64,000 bases of DNA from an uncultured Bacteroidales bacterium (GCA_963746685.1 CAVVBY010000006.1:11511-75510); one strand, 5' to 3'. Positions 45,340-59,464 are shown, numbered from the stretch's first letter. The notes: generated by a model not told the origin, from the letters alone. A program made the numbers and translations.

Positions 45340-47861
45340 ATGATGGCGATTGAAAGATTAAAAGGAATTTTTCTGGCAGTAGCTCTGATTCTTATGAACA
45401 GTACTCTGTTATCACAGGAAAAAGCGGGAATTATCGATTATTCTAGGTTCTTACGATTATATTATTGGAGGAGTTTCCGTTTCCGGCGTAAGATTTCTTG
45501 ATACAAATGCTCTGATCGGAATATCAGGTCTCAGAGTCAATCAGGAAGTCTCTGTACCTGGGGATGCTATAACAAACGCTGTGAAAAAATTATGGCAGCA
45601 GGGTCTTTTCTCTGATGTCAGAATAAATATAACTAAAACTGTTGCTGATACTGTCTATCTCGATATCGCCCTGCAGGAGAGGCCCAGAATATCATCAGTC
45701 AGGTACAACGGTCTAAAAAACTCTGAAATCCAGGACCTGGCTGAAAAGATTAATATGCCGGTCGGATCACAGCTTACATCCTTCCAGTTAAACAATACAA
45801 GAAAGATTATTACTGATCATTTTATTGAAAAGGGATTCCTGAATACAACTGTTGAATTTGTTCAGAAAGACGATCCGGATCAGCCAAACAATATAATTCT
45901 CACAGTTAATGTCGATAAAAAGGAGAAGGTAAAAATAGGAGAAATCTCTTTTGTCGGAAATGAAAATTTCAGTACCAAACAGCTCCGGCATAAGATGAAA
46001 AATACCAAGAAGAAGAACCTTAATTTCTTCAAGGCATCAAAGTTTATCTCTGAAAAGTACGATGAGGATAAGGATAAACTGTACAAATTGTATAATGATA
46101 ACGGTTACAAGGATTTTAAGATACTTGGCGATTCCCTTTATCCGGTCTCAGAGGACCGTGTCGGACTGATGATCAAGGTTGATGAAGGGAAACAATACTT
46201 TTTAAGAAATATCTCCTGGGTTGGGAATAGTGTATACAGAAAAGAAGATCTTGAAAAGGTTCTGAATATCAAGAAAGGATCTGTTTATAACCAGTCTAAT
46301 CTGGAAGACAGGCTTAATGGCGCAGCCGGGGCGCAGGATGCAGTCAGCAATGTATACCAGGATAATGGTTACCTTTTTTCAAGGCTGACACCTGTTGAAT
46401 CAAAGATTGAGAATGATTCCGTCGATCTTGAGGTAAGGATCTACGAGGGAGATCAGGCATATCTTAATAATATTATTATTTCGGGAAACACCAGGACCAA
46501 TGAGCATATTGCCAGACGCGAACTTTATACACTGCCAGGCGATCTTTACAGTAAGAACAAGATACTCAGATCTATTCGTCAACTTGGTGTAATCGGCCAT
46601 TTTGATCCCGAGAAAATAACTCCGAATGTGGTTCCTGATCCTGCAAACGGGACTGTTGACCTGCTTTATAAGCTTGAGGAGAGAGCAAATGATCAGTTTG
46701 AGATTTCAGGGGGCTGGGGAGCAGGTATGCTTGTGGGATCGGTAGGTGTACAGTTTAACAATTTTGCAATGAGAAACTTCTTCAATCTGAAGGAGTGGAG
46801 ACCTTACCCCTCTGGTGACGGACAATCGCTAAGTGTCAGGGCTCAGTCTAACGGACGCTTGTACCAGTCATATAATATTTCATTCATGGAACCGTGGCTT
46901 GGCGGTAATAAACCCAATTCCTTTTCAGTGTCATTTTACAGATCATTAATGACCAACGGGAGAAAAAAGAACGACAGCAATTACCAGTCAATGTTAACTA
47001 ACGGGGCCTCCATCGGACTTGGAAAACGACTTGAATGGCCCGATGACTTCTTTTCGTTATACGGCGAGTTAAACTACCAGAGATACGATCTTAACGACTT
47101 CACCTACTATCATTTCCTGTTTTCTGATGGGACATCCAACATGTTGACATTCACTACAAAACTTACCAGGTTTTCAACAGGTCCCAACCTTATTTATCCG
47201 ACGAACGGATCAACTTTTACTCTTGTCGTTACAGGCAACACCTCCATATTCACTATGAGCGGTGCAAATATGGCAGGAGCGACAGACAGAGAGAAATATA
47301 AATGGATAGAGTTTCACAAATGGATATTCAAGGCAGATTATTTCTACCCGGTTACACAGGATGATAAGCTCGTGCTTAATGCCAAATTTGCTTTCGGTTA
47401 CCTGGGTCATTACAATAAGGATATCGGACCTTCACCATTTGAGAATTTTTATCTGGGTGGAAGCGGTATGACCGGGTATAGCCTTTACGGGCGCGAAATA
47501 ATTGCCCTTAGAGGATATACTGACGGGTCCGTTACTCCGACAGATTCAAAAACAGGATCTCCCACGGGTAACGTATATTCGAAATTTACTCTAGAATTAA
47601 GGTACCCTGTTTCGCTTAACCAGCAGGCTACAATTTACGGGCTCGCTTTCCTTGAGGCAGGGAAAGCCTGGTACGAGGTTGAATCAGTATAATCCATTCA
47701 GGATGAATCGGGCGGCAGGTATTGGAGTCAGGGCTAACCTCCCGATGTTCGGTCTGCTTGGTGTTGACTGGGGTTATGGATTTGATCCGGTAGATGATCC
47801 GGTTGCTTTCCCCGATGCAAATAAAGGACAATTTAGTTTCACTATAGGTCAGCAGTTTTAA
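45340..47861 (+). CDS. bamA: outer membrane protein assembly factor BamA (frameshifted)
   Basis: POTRA repeats (GNTRTNEHIARRE), LRGY motif, C-terminal FTIGQQF. Confidence 0.95.
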
Positions 47862-47886
47862 TCATTTTAATTTTAAAATCAATTTT

Positions 47887-48402
47887 ATGAAAAGAATAGG
47901 TGTTATATTAATTTTTGCATTAATGACTACGGTTTTTGCCGCAGCTCAAAAATATGCATTCGTGGATTCTGAATATATAAGGAAGAATATTCCTGCTTTT
48001 AACAAAGCTCAGGAGCAGCTTGATAATCTTTCCAAACAATGGGAGAAAGAGGTTGCCGATGGGTATGCAATTGTTGATCAGATGTACAAATCTTATCAGA
48101 ATGATGTTGTACTTCTTTCACAGGACATGAAAACCAAAAGAGAAGAAGCAATTATAACAAAGGAAAAGGAGATGAAAGACCTTCAGAATAAATACTTCGG
48201 AGTTGAAGGCGAACTTTTCAAGAAAAGAGAAGAACTGGTTAAACCAATCCAGGACGAGATACTGAAAGCAATAAAAACAATTGCAGCCGAAGGTAGCTAT
48301 GCAGCAATCTTTGACACAGCTTCGGGAGGCAACATTTTATTCGCTAATCCTAAATATGACATCAGCGATCAGGTACTCGAAAAATTAGGTTATAAAAATT
48401 AA
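47887..48402 (+). CDS. skp: OmpH/Skp chaperone
   Basis: QKYAFVDSEYI, LVKPIQD, YDISDQVL. Confidence 0.92.
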   Translation: MKRIGVILIFALMTTVFAAAQKYAFVDSEYIRKNIPAFNKAQEQLDNLSKQWEKEVADGYAIVDQMYKSYQNDVVLLSQDMKTKREEAIITKEKEMKDLQNKYFGVEGELFKKREELVKPIQDEILKAIKTIAAEGSYAAIFDTASGGNILFANPKYDISDQVLEKLGYKN

Positions 48403-48440
48403 TTAATTACTTTTGCATAATTATCAAAATACTAAAAAGG

Positions 48441-48961
48441 ATGAAAAGATTTATTGGAATTTCTGTGCTCGTCATTATGGTTACATTCTTGGGGCATAAT
48501 GCTTTAGCACAGAATTTAAAATTCGGACACATTAACCGGACTGAACTTATACAGGCTATGCCTGAATTTGACTCCGCAAGGGTGAAACTCGAAAAACTGA
48601 ACACAGAACTTAAAAATACAGCGGAGTTGTTACAGGTTGAATTGAATAATAAATATGAAACCTATCTCAAAGAGAGCAAGAACCTGACTGATCTGGTTCG
48701 TCAGACCAAAGAACAGGAATTGCAGGATGCTCAGAAAAGATTAACCGATTTCCAGACAAATGCTCAAACCCAGATCCAGGAAAAGCAGGTGCACTCTTTA
48801 CTCCTGTCACCGAAAAGGCTGACAAGGCTATCAGGGAAGTAGGGAAAGAAAACGGATTTATCTATATTTTTGATCTTTCGCAAAACCAGATTATATATTT
48901 TGATGAGACTAAAAGCACAAATGTCATGCAGCTTGCCAAAGCAAAACTTGGTTTGAAATAA
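48441..48961 (+). CDS. skp: OmpH/Skp chaperone, second copy (frameshifted)
   Basis: LKFGHIN, MPE; tandem with first copy. Confidence 0.9.
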
Positions 48962-48979
48962 ATTACAGAAATAAAACCG

Positions 48980-49015
48980 ATGACCATCCGCCATCTGGCG
49001 GATGGTCATTTTTTT
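48980..49015 (+). terminator. intrinsic terminator
   Basis: atgaccatccgcca-tc-tggcggatggtcat perfect stem followed by T run. Confidence 0.8.
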
Positions 49016-49028
49016 AATATATGATTAA

Positions 49029-49829
49029 TTGAAAGAGCAGCCAATAGGAATTTTTGATTCAGGAGTCGGAGGACTGACTGTTGCGCATGCAATAAAACAA
49101 ATCCTTCCCGGAGAAAGCCTGGTTTATTTCGGAGATACCGCTCACCTTCCATATGGTGATAAATCAGCTGAATCGATCAGATATTATTCGGGGAAGATAA
49201 CCGAATTCCTTCTTGATCATAATGCGAAGGTTGTTCTGGTTGCCTGTAACTCCGCTTCAGCTTCTGCATTTGACACATTAAAGAAGGAATTTCAGGACAG
49301 GACAATTAGTGATCGATGTTATTGACCCGGTTGTGGATTACCTGAGCACCAGAAACTTCCGGAAAATAGGTGTTATCGGGACAAAAAGAACAATCAGTTC
49401 GGGTACTTATGACCAGAAACTCAAGGAAAAGGCACCCCGGACAAGTGTTGTTTCAATGGCAACTCCTTTGCTTGTACCCATGATTGAAGAGGGCTTTATC
49501 TTCGATGATATCAGCAATGCAATAATCCGTACTTATCTTTCAAATGAGACACTCTCAGGAATCGAAGCTCTGATCCTTGGATGTACGCACTATCCTATAA
49601 TAAGGAACCAGATAAGCAAATTCTTTAATTTTAATGTCGAAGTGGTCGACTCTGCAAGAATTGTTTCTTGATCCTGAGGGAAACGCTTGAAAAGAATGAC
49701 CTGCTGAATGATTCAGGGAAGGTTCAGGACCAGTTTTTTATATCTGATTATACTTCCTACTTTGAGAAGATAGCCAGAATGTTTTTTGAAGGAGAGATAA
49801 ACCTGAAGAAAGCTGATATCTGGAGCTGA
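49029..49829 (+). CDS. murI: glutamate racemase (frameshifted)
   Basis: FDSGVGGLTV, PYGDKS, ACNSAS, LGCTHYP. Confidence 0.96.
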
Positions 49830-50056
49830 GTGTTCCTTAGTCCCCTCGTTGGCCTCCAGTAATATGGAAGTTTAATTTGTCCGCCTTTTAGGGAGTACAA
49901 AATGGGGGTTGGCAGTCAGATTTATATGATCAATATCATTCTTAATTATCAATAATTAAATGATTTTTCGATCATTAAATAGTTTACTTTTGTTCATGGA
50001 CAGACAGTTATAAATAGTGTAAAATATAACTCACTTTTAATACTTAATTAGGCATC

Positions 50057-51904
50057 ATGGGTAAAAAATCAAAGGTTATTGAAAGAGAAGAAGTAGTCAT
50101 CAGGTTTTCGGGAGACTCAGGGGACGGAATGCAGCTGACAGGTACTTTATTCTCCGATACGGCAGCTTTATACGGGAATGATATTTCGACATTTCCTGAT
50201 TATCCGGCTGAGATACGCGCACCTCAGGGTACTGTCGGAGGAGTTTCAGGATTTCAGGTTCACCTCGGTCATTCTGAAATCAATACCCCCGGTGATTATG
50301 CTGATGTACTGGTCGCTATGAATCCGGCTGCAATAAAAGCCAACGCAAAATGGACTAAACCAGGTGGTACGATAATCTTTGATAAAGATAATTTCACTGA
50401 AAAGAATATTGAGAAAGCGGGATATATCAAAGGATCCTGTTGTTGAGGAAAATCTTGATAATTTTAACATTATCGCAACACCCATCTCATCAATGGTAAA
50501 AGAAGCCCTGAAAGATTTCGGGCTTGATCCGAAAACCGTTCTAAGGACGAAAAACATGTTTGCACTTGGAATGGTTTACTGGCTTTTTGATCGCAAGCTG
50601 AAGTATACCGAGCAGTTTTTTGAAAAGAAATTCAGTAAAAAGCCTGAAATAGCTGAGGCAAATAAAATTGTCCTTCGTGCTGGTTATTACTATGCGGAAA
50701 CTATTGAAGCACTGACACCGGTTATCAGGGTTAGTCCGGCACCTATTGCAAAAGGCATTTACAGAAATATATGCGGAAATGCTGCAACCGCCTGGGGTTT
50801 GATGGCAGCTGCAGAAAAAGCCCGTTTGAAGCTTTTTATCGGCTCCTATCCGATTACTCCTGCAACAGGGATCCTCGAAGAGCTTGCTGCCCGCAAAGAT
50901 CTGGGTGTTAAAAGCTTTCAGGCCGAAGATGAAATAGCCGGAATTTGCACAGCACTTGGTGCAAGTTTTGCCGGTTATCTTGGCAGTAACTTCCACATCA
51001 GGACCCGGTCTTGCATTAAAATCTGAAGCTATTGGTCTTGCAGTGATGACCGAGTTGCCAATAGTCATTATTGATGTTCAGCGGGGAGGACCCTCAACCG
51101 GTCTTCCGACCAAAACAGAACAGGCCGACCTTATGCAGGCTCTTTATGGCCGCAACGGTGAATGCCCCGTCGTTGTTATTGCTGCAAGCACTCCTTCCGA
51201 CTGTTTTCATTTTGCATTTGAGGCAGCAAAAATTGCTGTTGAACATATGACTCCTGTTATTCTCATGACTGACAGTTATCTTGCCAATGGCACCGAACCA
51301 TGGAAAATACCTGCTATGAGTGAGCTTCCGGAAATTATTCCTCCTTTTGCAGATAAAAATGAATTACCATTCCTGCCATATAAACGCGACAAGGAAAAAT
51401 TATCAAGAAAATGGGCTGTCCCAGGTACACCCGGATTGGAACACCGTATTGGCGGACTTGAAAAGACTGTAAAGGGTACTGTTTCATATGTACCTGAAAA
51501 TCATGAGCTTATGGTAAACCTGAGAGCCGAGAAAATTGAAAGGGTTGCAGATGAAATACCTGATCTGACTGTTTTTGGTCCTGAATCAAACGATCTTCTT
51601 GTTGTCGGCTGGGGAGGTTCCTATGGATACCTTATTACCGCTGTAAGGGAGTTGCACGCAGAAGGATATAATGTAAGTCTTGTAAATTTCAACTATATTA
51701 ATCCATTACCTAAAAATACCTGGGAAACTTTCTCAAGTTTCAGAAAAATAGTTGTATGCGAACTTAAATTCGGGTCAGTTTGCAAATTACCTGCGTATGA
51801 AACATCAGGGCTTTAAATGTGAGCAGATCAATAAGGTTCAGGGACTTCCCTTTACTGTTAAGGAAATAAAGGACCAATGCATTAAAATACTGGAGGATAA
51901 TTAA
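50057..51904 (+). CDS. korA: 2-oxoacid:ferredoxin oxidoreductase alpha subunit (frameshifted)
   Basis: [31 protein letters not shown]. Confidence 0.92.
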
Positions 51905-51905
51905 T

Positions 51906-52929
51906 ATGGAAGTATCACAGATAAATCAGACAAGTCCAAAGGATTTTAAAAGCGACCAGGAAGTACGGTGGTGCCCCGGTTGTGGTGATCATGCAGTACT
52001 TAATGCTGTTCAGAAAGCACTCGCGGAACTGGGGATACCAAAAGAAAAAATCGCCTTTGTTTCAGGTATAGGCTGTTCATCGAGATTCCCTTATTATATG
52101 AATACATACGGATTTCATGGGATCCATGGGCGTGCTTCGGCAATTGCCAGCGGTGTGAAAATTGCAAATCCGGAACTTTCAGTGTGGCAGATTACTGGCG
52201 ACGGCGATGCACTTGCTATCGGAGGAAATCATTTCATCCATGTGGTGCGCCGCAATATTGACATAAATATCATACTCTTCAACAATGAGATCTATGGCCT
52301 TACAAAAGGTCAGTACTCGCCTACATCCGAGAGAGGTCTGATCACTAAAACCTCCCCTTTTGGAACTGTTGAAGAACCATTTTCAGTAGGTGAACTTGTA
52401 ATAGGTGCAAAAGGAAAATTTTTTGCAAGGACACTCGATTCGAATGTATCGCTTTCGACCCAGATTTATATTGAAGCAGCAAAACACAAAGGTACTTCGG
52501 TTGTTGAAGTGCTTCAGAACTGCGTGATTTTCAATGACGGAATTCATGAAACTGTAGCAGGTAAAGAAGTCAGGGATGACAGGACTCTGATCCTGAAGCA
52601 TGGTGAACCAATGATATTTGGAAAAGGGAATGACAAAGGTCTTATCCTGGATGGTCTTAAACTCAAAGTGGTAAAACTGGGCGAAAATGGCGTTACAGAA
52701 AAGAATATTCTCATTCATGATGCTTTCGAACCCAATCCTGGAATCCAGTATATGCTTGCAAATATGAGGTATCCTGAGTATCCTGTTGCATTAGGTGTTA
52801 TCAGGGCGGTTACCCGGACCAACATATGAAAATGATGTCGAGAATCAGATAGCTGAAGTTCAGAAAACATCAAAAATAAAGAATATGGATGATCTGCTGA
52901 ACAGCGGATCAGCCTGGAAAGTTGATTAA
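51906..52929 (+). CDS. korB: 2-oxoacid:ferredoxin oxidoreductase beta subunit (3' frameshift)
   Basis: WCPGCGD, SGIGCSSR, GDGD, NNEIYGLTKGQ. Confidence 0.93.
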
Positions 52930-52940
52930 ATTTTCCGTTG

Positions 52941-55900
52941 ATGGATGCCAATACTCATATTACACCTGAATTCAGCCGTTTATTACATGAACAACGGGAA
53001 AGACTTAAGGAACTTGGCTGCATAAACCAAACCACTTATATACTTAAGGAGGGCAAACCTATAGAGGAAACCCTTCAGCAGATAGCTCTCCTTCTGCCTG
53101 CGGCCTGGCAGTATCCGGAATATACTGTTGCAAGGATATCCTTCATGAAAAAGGAATTCGAATCTCTTGAATTCAGGGAAACAAAATGGAAGATGGTTCA
53201 GGAATTCAATACAATTGATGAGGAAACAGGGACTATTGAGATCTTCTATACAAAGGAGTTCAGAGAGGAACAAGAAGGTCCGTTCCTTAAAGAAGAAAGA
53301 GATCTTATCCAGAATATAGCAAGTCTGATTACTGGTTATATCAATAGTTATAAAGCAAGGGATATCATTCGCATTTCAGGTGTCGCCAAAAAAGAAGAAG
53401 AAGATCTTTCGAATATTTCAAGCAAAAAGCTGTTGCAGAAATTTCTTGACCGGCACAATGCTGAAAGAGATGTGTTCCATGACCTTCAGCCGTTTAAGGT
53501 AAAAGAGATCCTGCTGGTGGCAAACCTGTATGATGCTTATTCGATTGAAGGGGAAGGACGGTTTGCAGATCATATACTCGGGGAGTACTACCAGATGAGT
53601 CTTACCTCAATACCAAGGGTTACGGGTGTATCGAGCGAGGAAGAGGCATTCAACAGGCTGAAAGCCAGACATTACGATATGGTCATCATCATGATTGGAG
53701 TTGATAAGGAGAGCCCAATGGAACTATGCAGGAAAATAAAAGACAAATATCCATATCTGCCTACATACCTTCTTCTGAACAATCCATCTGATATGGCTTA
53801 TGTAAAAAAACAGAAAGCCAGGAAGGTGCCATTCGATAATTACTTTGTATGGACAGGTGAGTCGAAAGTGTTTTTTGCCATGGTGTCTCTTCTTGAGGAC
53901 AGGGTAAATGTTGAAAATGATACACAGAAGGGATTGACCGGGGTCATTCTGCTGGTTGAAGACTCAGCCGATTATTACTCAAGTTATCTTCCAATGCTTT
54001 ACAATCTGGTTATGGCCCAGACAAAAAACCTTATCCAGGATGTTTCAACGGATGAGCTTTATAAAGTTCTGAAACTTAGAGCCAGACCAAAGATTCTTCT
54101 TGCTTCGAACTGGGAAAGCGCGATAGATATTTTCAATAATTACCGTAATAACCTGCTGTGTGTGATTTCTGATATGGCTTTCCCAAGAAATGAAGTCATG
54201 CATGAAAAAGCAGGATTTGAGCTTATCCAGCATATTAAAACACATCTGCCAAATCTTCCTACAGTTCTGCAGTCGTCAGATCCTGAAAATGCGAAATATG
54301 CATTCACCCTTAAATCAAATTTCATAAATAAAAATTCTGAAAGCCTTCTTCAGGATCTGAAATCATTCATCAACTATTACCTTGGATTTGGTCATTTTGT
54401 GTACAGAGATAACAGCGGACGACAGATAGCTGTTGCAAAATCAATGAAGGAGTTTGAGGCTTACCTTCAGACTGTGCCTGAAGATTCCCTTGCCTATCAT
54501 GCCATGAAAAACCATTTCTCCCTCTGGCTTATGGCAAGGGGGGAGGTTAAGATTGCAAAACTGATAAATCCGATTAAGGTAACAGATTTTAAAAGCCTTA
54601 AGGAACTAAGGGAATTCCTTCTCGACATAATCCGGAGGCGAAGGCAGGAATTAAACAAGGGCAGGGTTATTAATTTTGAAGAGTCTGCAGCTAATTGATG
54701 AAACAAATGTTGTAAGTCTGTCAGCAGGATCACTGGGAGGAAAAGGAAGAGGGCTTGCGTTTATTAATACGCTGATCTATAGTTTTGAGCTTGGCAGGCT
54801 TATCCCCGGAATAAATATTAAAACCCCGGTAACCGCAATTATCGGGACAGACGAGTTTGATCTGTTTATGGAACGGAACCATCTGTGGAACCTGGTAAAG
54901 GAGGAAAAGGACTTTGATCTGATCCAGAAAGCATTTATGGAAAGCAGCCTGAGCTATACCCTCGAAAAGAAACTCAGGATTTTTCTTAAGGAAGATCACC
55001 AAACCTCTTGCTGTAAGGTCATCAAGTCTTTTCGAAGATTCAATGAGTCAGCCATTTTCCGGGATTTTCGGAACATATCTTCTGCCGAATAACAATCCTG
55101 ATCCGGAAATCAGGATTAAAACACCTGTCAGATGCAATCAAACTGGTATTTGCATCTATTTATTCAAAAAATGCCCGTGCATATTTTGAAGCGATCAACT
55201 ATAAAATTGAGCTTGAGAAAATGGCTGTTGTGATCCAGGAAGTTGTTGGAAACAGGTATGATGATGCTTTCTATCCTCATATCAGCGGATCGGCTCAGTC
55301 ATTCAACTTTTATCCTGTTGCTCATATGACGCCAAAAGACGGATTTGCCGTAGCTGCATTAGGACTGGGTCAGTACGTAATGGAAGGGAATATGGCATAC
55401 AGGTTTTCTCCTGCATATCCTGCCCTTGAAATTATATCTCAGAAAGATCTTTATAAAAACTCCCAGGTTTGGTTTTATGCGGTCGATCTGTCAAAAAAGG
55501 ATCTCAACCTTCTGGAAGGTGAAATTGCAGGTCTTAAAATGCTTGATATAAGTGCTGCTGAAAATCATGGTACTCTGAATCATATTGCATCAGTATTGAA
55601 CCCTGACAATGATACAATCACTCCCGGACTTGATTCTCCCGGTCCCCGGGTAATTAGTTTTGCTGATATCCTGAAATATAATTACATACCACTGGCTGCG
55701 ACACTTAAAACAGTACTGGATGTTGTAACAGAGGCTTGCGGTACTCCTGTTGAAATAGAATTTGCAGTTGACCTTAACATGGATGAAACCGGAAATGCTT
55801 CATTTTACCTTCTTCAGATAAAGCCTCTGCTGGGAACAGGAGCTGGTTATAATATTGATACGGAAACAATTAATGAAGATGAGCTGGTGCTTTTAACAAG

Positions 55901-56390
55901 AAAGAGTATGGGCAACGGGCTGATAGATGGCATCACTGACATAATATTTATAGAACCTGAAAAATTTGACAATAAGCTGACTGTTGAAATGGCTGATGAG
56001 ATTGCAGCAACAAATGAGAAAATGGTAAAGGAAAACCGGAAATATATTCTTATCGGCCCTGGCAGATGGGGAAGCCGCGACAGGTTTCTTGGAATTCCTG
56101 TAACCTGGCCTCAGATATCCAGGGCAAAAGTTATTGTGGAAGTTTCCTTGCCTGATTTTCATCCTGATGCTTCCCTTGGCTCTCATTTCTTTCATAATGT
56201 AACATCGATGAATGTCGGCTATTTTTCAGTAAACCAGAATTCTGATCAGGATAAGATTAACTGGGAAAAGATCAGGAACCAGCAGATTGTCGGGAAAGGC
56301 GAGTTTTTCAGGCATATAAGGTTTGAAAAACCATTGCTTGTACGGATGGATGGGAAAAAAGGAATGGCTGTAATATCAATGAATCAATAA
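52941..56390 (+). CDS. GAF-like + receiver-like + PEP/pyruvate-binding (PPDK_N) domain protein (frameshifted)
   Basis: GGKGRGL, AVRSSS.FED, MAVVIQEVVG, EIEFA, LLQIKP, GPGRWG. Confidence 0.85.
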
Positions 56391-56403
56391 AAGCTTGTAA
56401 CCC

Positions 56404-59386
56404 ATGACGATCATCGAAGGAATACTCGATCTGCAAAAATACGATTTCACTGATACCTCCTTTGACCTTCTGATGCAGAAACGTATTCATCGTGTCCTGA
56501 TAATATGCAGTAATTATGACAATTACATGCTCGAAGAGGATGGAAGAATTGATGAGCAGATATTTAATGAATACGTATTCGCTGAACCTCAGATATCCGC
56601 CAACCTTCGTTCAGACAGATAATGCCGAGGATGCATTCAGGATACTTGCAGAAGGGAAATGTCGACCTGGTTATCTCTATGCTGAGCCTCAGAGGCACTG
56701 ATGTTTTTGCTCTGGCAAAGATGATTAAGGCGAAATACGAACATATACCAATCGTCGTTCTTACATACTTTTCTAGAGAGGTTTCCCTGCGGCTTGAAGG
56801 CGAGGATCTTAGTGCAATAGATTATGTTTTCTGCTGGCTTGGTGATGCTTCACTGATACTTGCAATAATAAAACTGATTGAGGATAAAATGAATGCCGAC
56901 TACGACATTGAAAACATAGGTGTCCAGGCAATTATCCTTGTCGAAAACTCGATAAGGTATATCTCATCTTACCTTCCTAATATCTACAGGATTGTTCTTT
57001 TGCAATCGATTGATTTTCAGCGTGAGGCATTGAATGAACATCAGCGAATGCTGAAGATGAGGGGACGTCCCAAAATACTCCTGGCAAATAACTACAATGA
57101 TGCCCTCGATCTCTACAAAAAGTATAAATACAATGTGCTTGGCGTGATATCTGATATCAGTTACAAGAAGGATAATGTAAATGATGAAAATGCCGGTATA
57201 GAATTGTGTAAAGCGGTTATGGCTGATGATGACAAGGTGCCTTTTTTGATACAATCCTCAAGCCAGGTACATAAAAAAATAGCGGAGGAGCTGGGAGCTG
57301 GATTCATTAACAAGTATTCCAAATCCTTATCGCTTGAACTGAGGAACTTCATAATTCAGAACCTCGCCTTCGGACCATTTGTCTTCAAGAATCCCGATAC
57401 AATGGAGCCGATCGCCATTGCAACCGATCTGCAGAGCCTGCAACAGAAACTTCTTACCATACCCGACAAAACACTTGAATATCACGCAACCAGGAACCAT
57501 TTTTCAAAATGGCTGAATGCAAGGGCCTTGTTTCCTGTTGCTCAGATGTTTAAATATATCAGGAAGGAAGATTTTGAAACAATGGACGAAATGAGGCGGT
57601 TCCTCTATGTAGCAATTTCAAGCTTCAGGCTTGGAAAAGGAAGAGGGGTCATCGCCAAATTTGACAAAAGCAGTTATGATGAATACCAGGTATTTTCAAG
57701 GATAGGAGATGCATCGATAGGTGGCAAAGCAAGGGGTCTCGCATTCATTAACAGGATAATTAAGACCCATAAGCTCTTCAACAAATTCCCCGATGTTCTG
57801 ATCACTATCCCGCGGACAGTGGTTCTGAGCACCGATATCTTTGATGAGTTTATGGATCATAATAATCTTTATACGGTAGCTCTTTCTGATCTTTCTGATG
57901 ATGAATTACTCAACAGGTTCCTGAATGCAGAGCTTCCGGGAAGGGTTTACCAGGATTTTTATGCCTTTCTCACTGTTTCACGGAACCACCCTATTGCCGT
58001 AAGATCATCCAGTAAGCTTGAAGATTCACATTATCAGCCATTTGCCGGGATATACTCAACATATATGATCCCCAGGCATCCTGATAATAAGGTGATGGTG
58101 AAAATGCTTTCAGATGCAATTAAAGAAGTGTATGCTTCAGTCTATTACAGAGGGAGCAAAGCATATATGACAGCAACTGCAAATGTGATCGATGAAGAGA
58201 AGATGGGCATTATTCTTCAGGAAGTATGCGGTAACAGGCATGGTGACATTTTTTACCCGACCTTATCAGGAGTTGCCCAGTCGATCAATTATTATCCGAT
58301 TGGCTCAGAAAAAGCCGAGGATGGTATAGCAAATATTGCCTTCGGTCTGGGGAAACTGATAGTAGAGGGAGGATTATCACTCAGGTTTTCACCCAGGCAT
58401 TATAAAAAAATTCTTCAGCTTTCCTCGATAGAAACAGCCCTGAGGGATACTCAAAAGGAGTTTCGCGCCCTTGATCTTAAAATCGACAGTTTTGTTCCTT
58501 CCACCGACGATGGAATTAATATTCTTAAGCTTGGAGTAAGTGATATAAATAATGAAGGAGCAATGAAATATGTTGCTTCGACATTTGATTACAACAATAA
58601 TATCCTCCGCGATGGAATAAGCCAGCCGGGGAAAAGGATCATTACGTTTGCCAACGTCCTTCAGCACAAGCTCTTCCCCCTTGCTGATATCCTGAACACA
58701 CTGCTCGATCTGGGGCAGTATGAAATGAATAATCCAATTGAGATCGAATTCGCTGCCAACCTGGAAACCCCTCCGGGAGCTCCCAGGATTTTCAACTTCC
58801 TGCAAATACGTCCAATTGTTCACACCGATGAGACATCGATTATCAGCCTGGCAAATATCAAGCCTGAAGAGACAATTATTTATTCGGAATCGGCACTTGG
58901 GAACGGAGTCTTCAAGGGAATACACGACATAGTCTATGTCAGGCCTGAATCTTTCAATCCTGCAAAGAACAAGGATATTGCCTTTGATATTGAACGGATT
59001 AATAGCGAATTTGTAAAACAGGGTTCAGGCTATGTGCTTATTGGTCCGGGCAGATGGGGTTCGACGGATCCGTGGCTTGGAATTCCGGTAAGATGGCCGC
59101 AGATTTCGGCAGCAAGGATTATAATTGAATCAGGCCTGAAAACCTACAGGATCGATCCCAGCCAGGGGACACATTTCTTTCAGAATCTTACTTCGTTCCG
59201 GATCGGTTATTTTACTATAAATCCTTACATCAGCGAAGGATCCTACGATGTGGAATTCCTTAACAGCATGGAAGCCTCTTATGAAGATGAGCACCTGAGG
59301 CATATCAGATTCGACAAGCCCCTGGAGATCATGGTTGATGGGAAAACCACAAGGGAGTCATAATGAAACCGGTAATAAGTACTTAA
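56404..59386 (+). CDS. receiver-like + PEP/pyruvate-binding (PPDK_N) domain protein, paralog of upstream gene
   Basis: IGGKARGL, AVRSSSKLED, EIEFA, FLQIRP, GPGRWG, SQGTHFFQN. Confidence 0.88.
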
Positions 59387-59464
59387 AGTGTGGATGCCTG
59401 GAATGCCTAAAGTTTTGAGGTGAACAATATGAATGATTATTTGTAGTATTATAAAGGAATTTTT

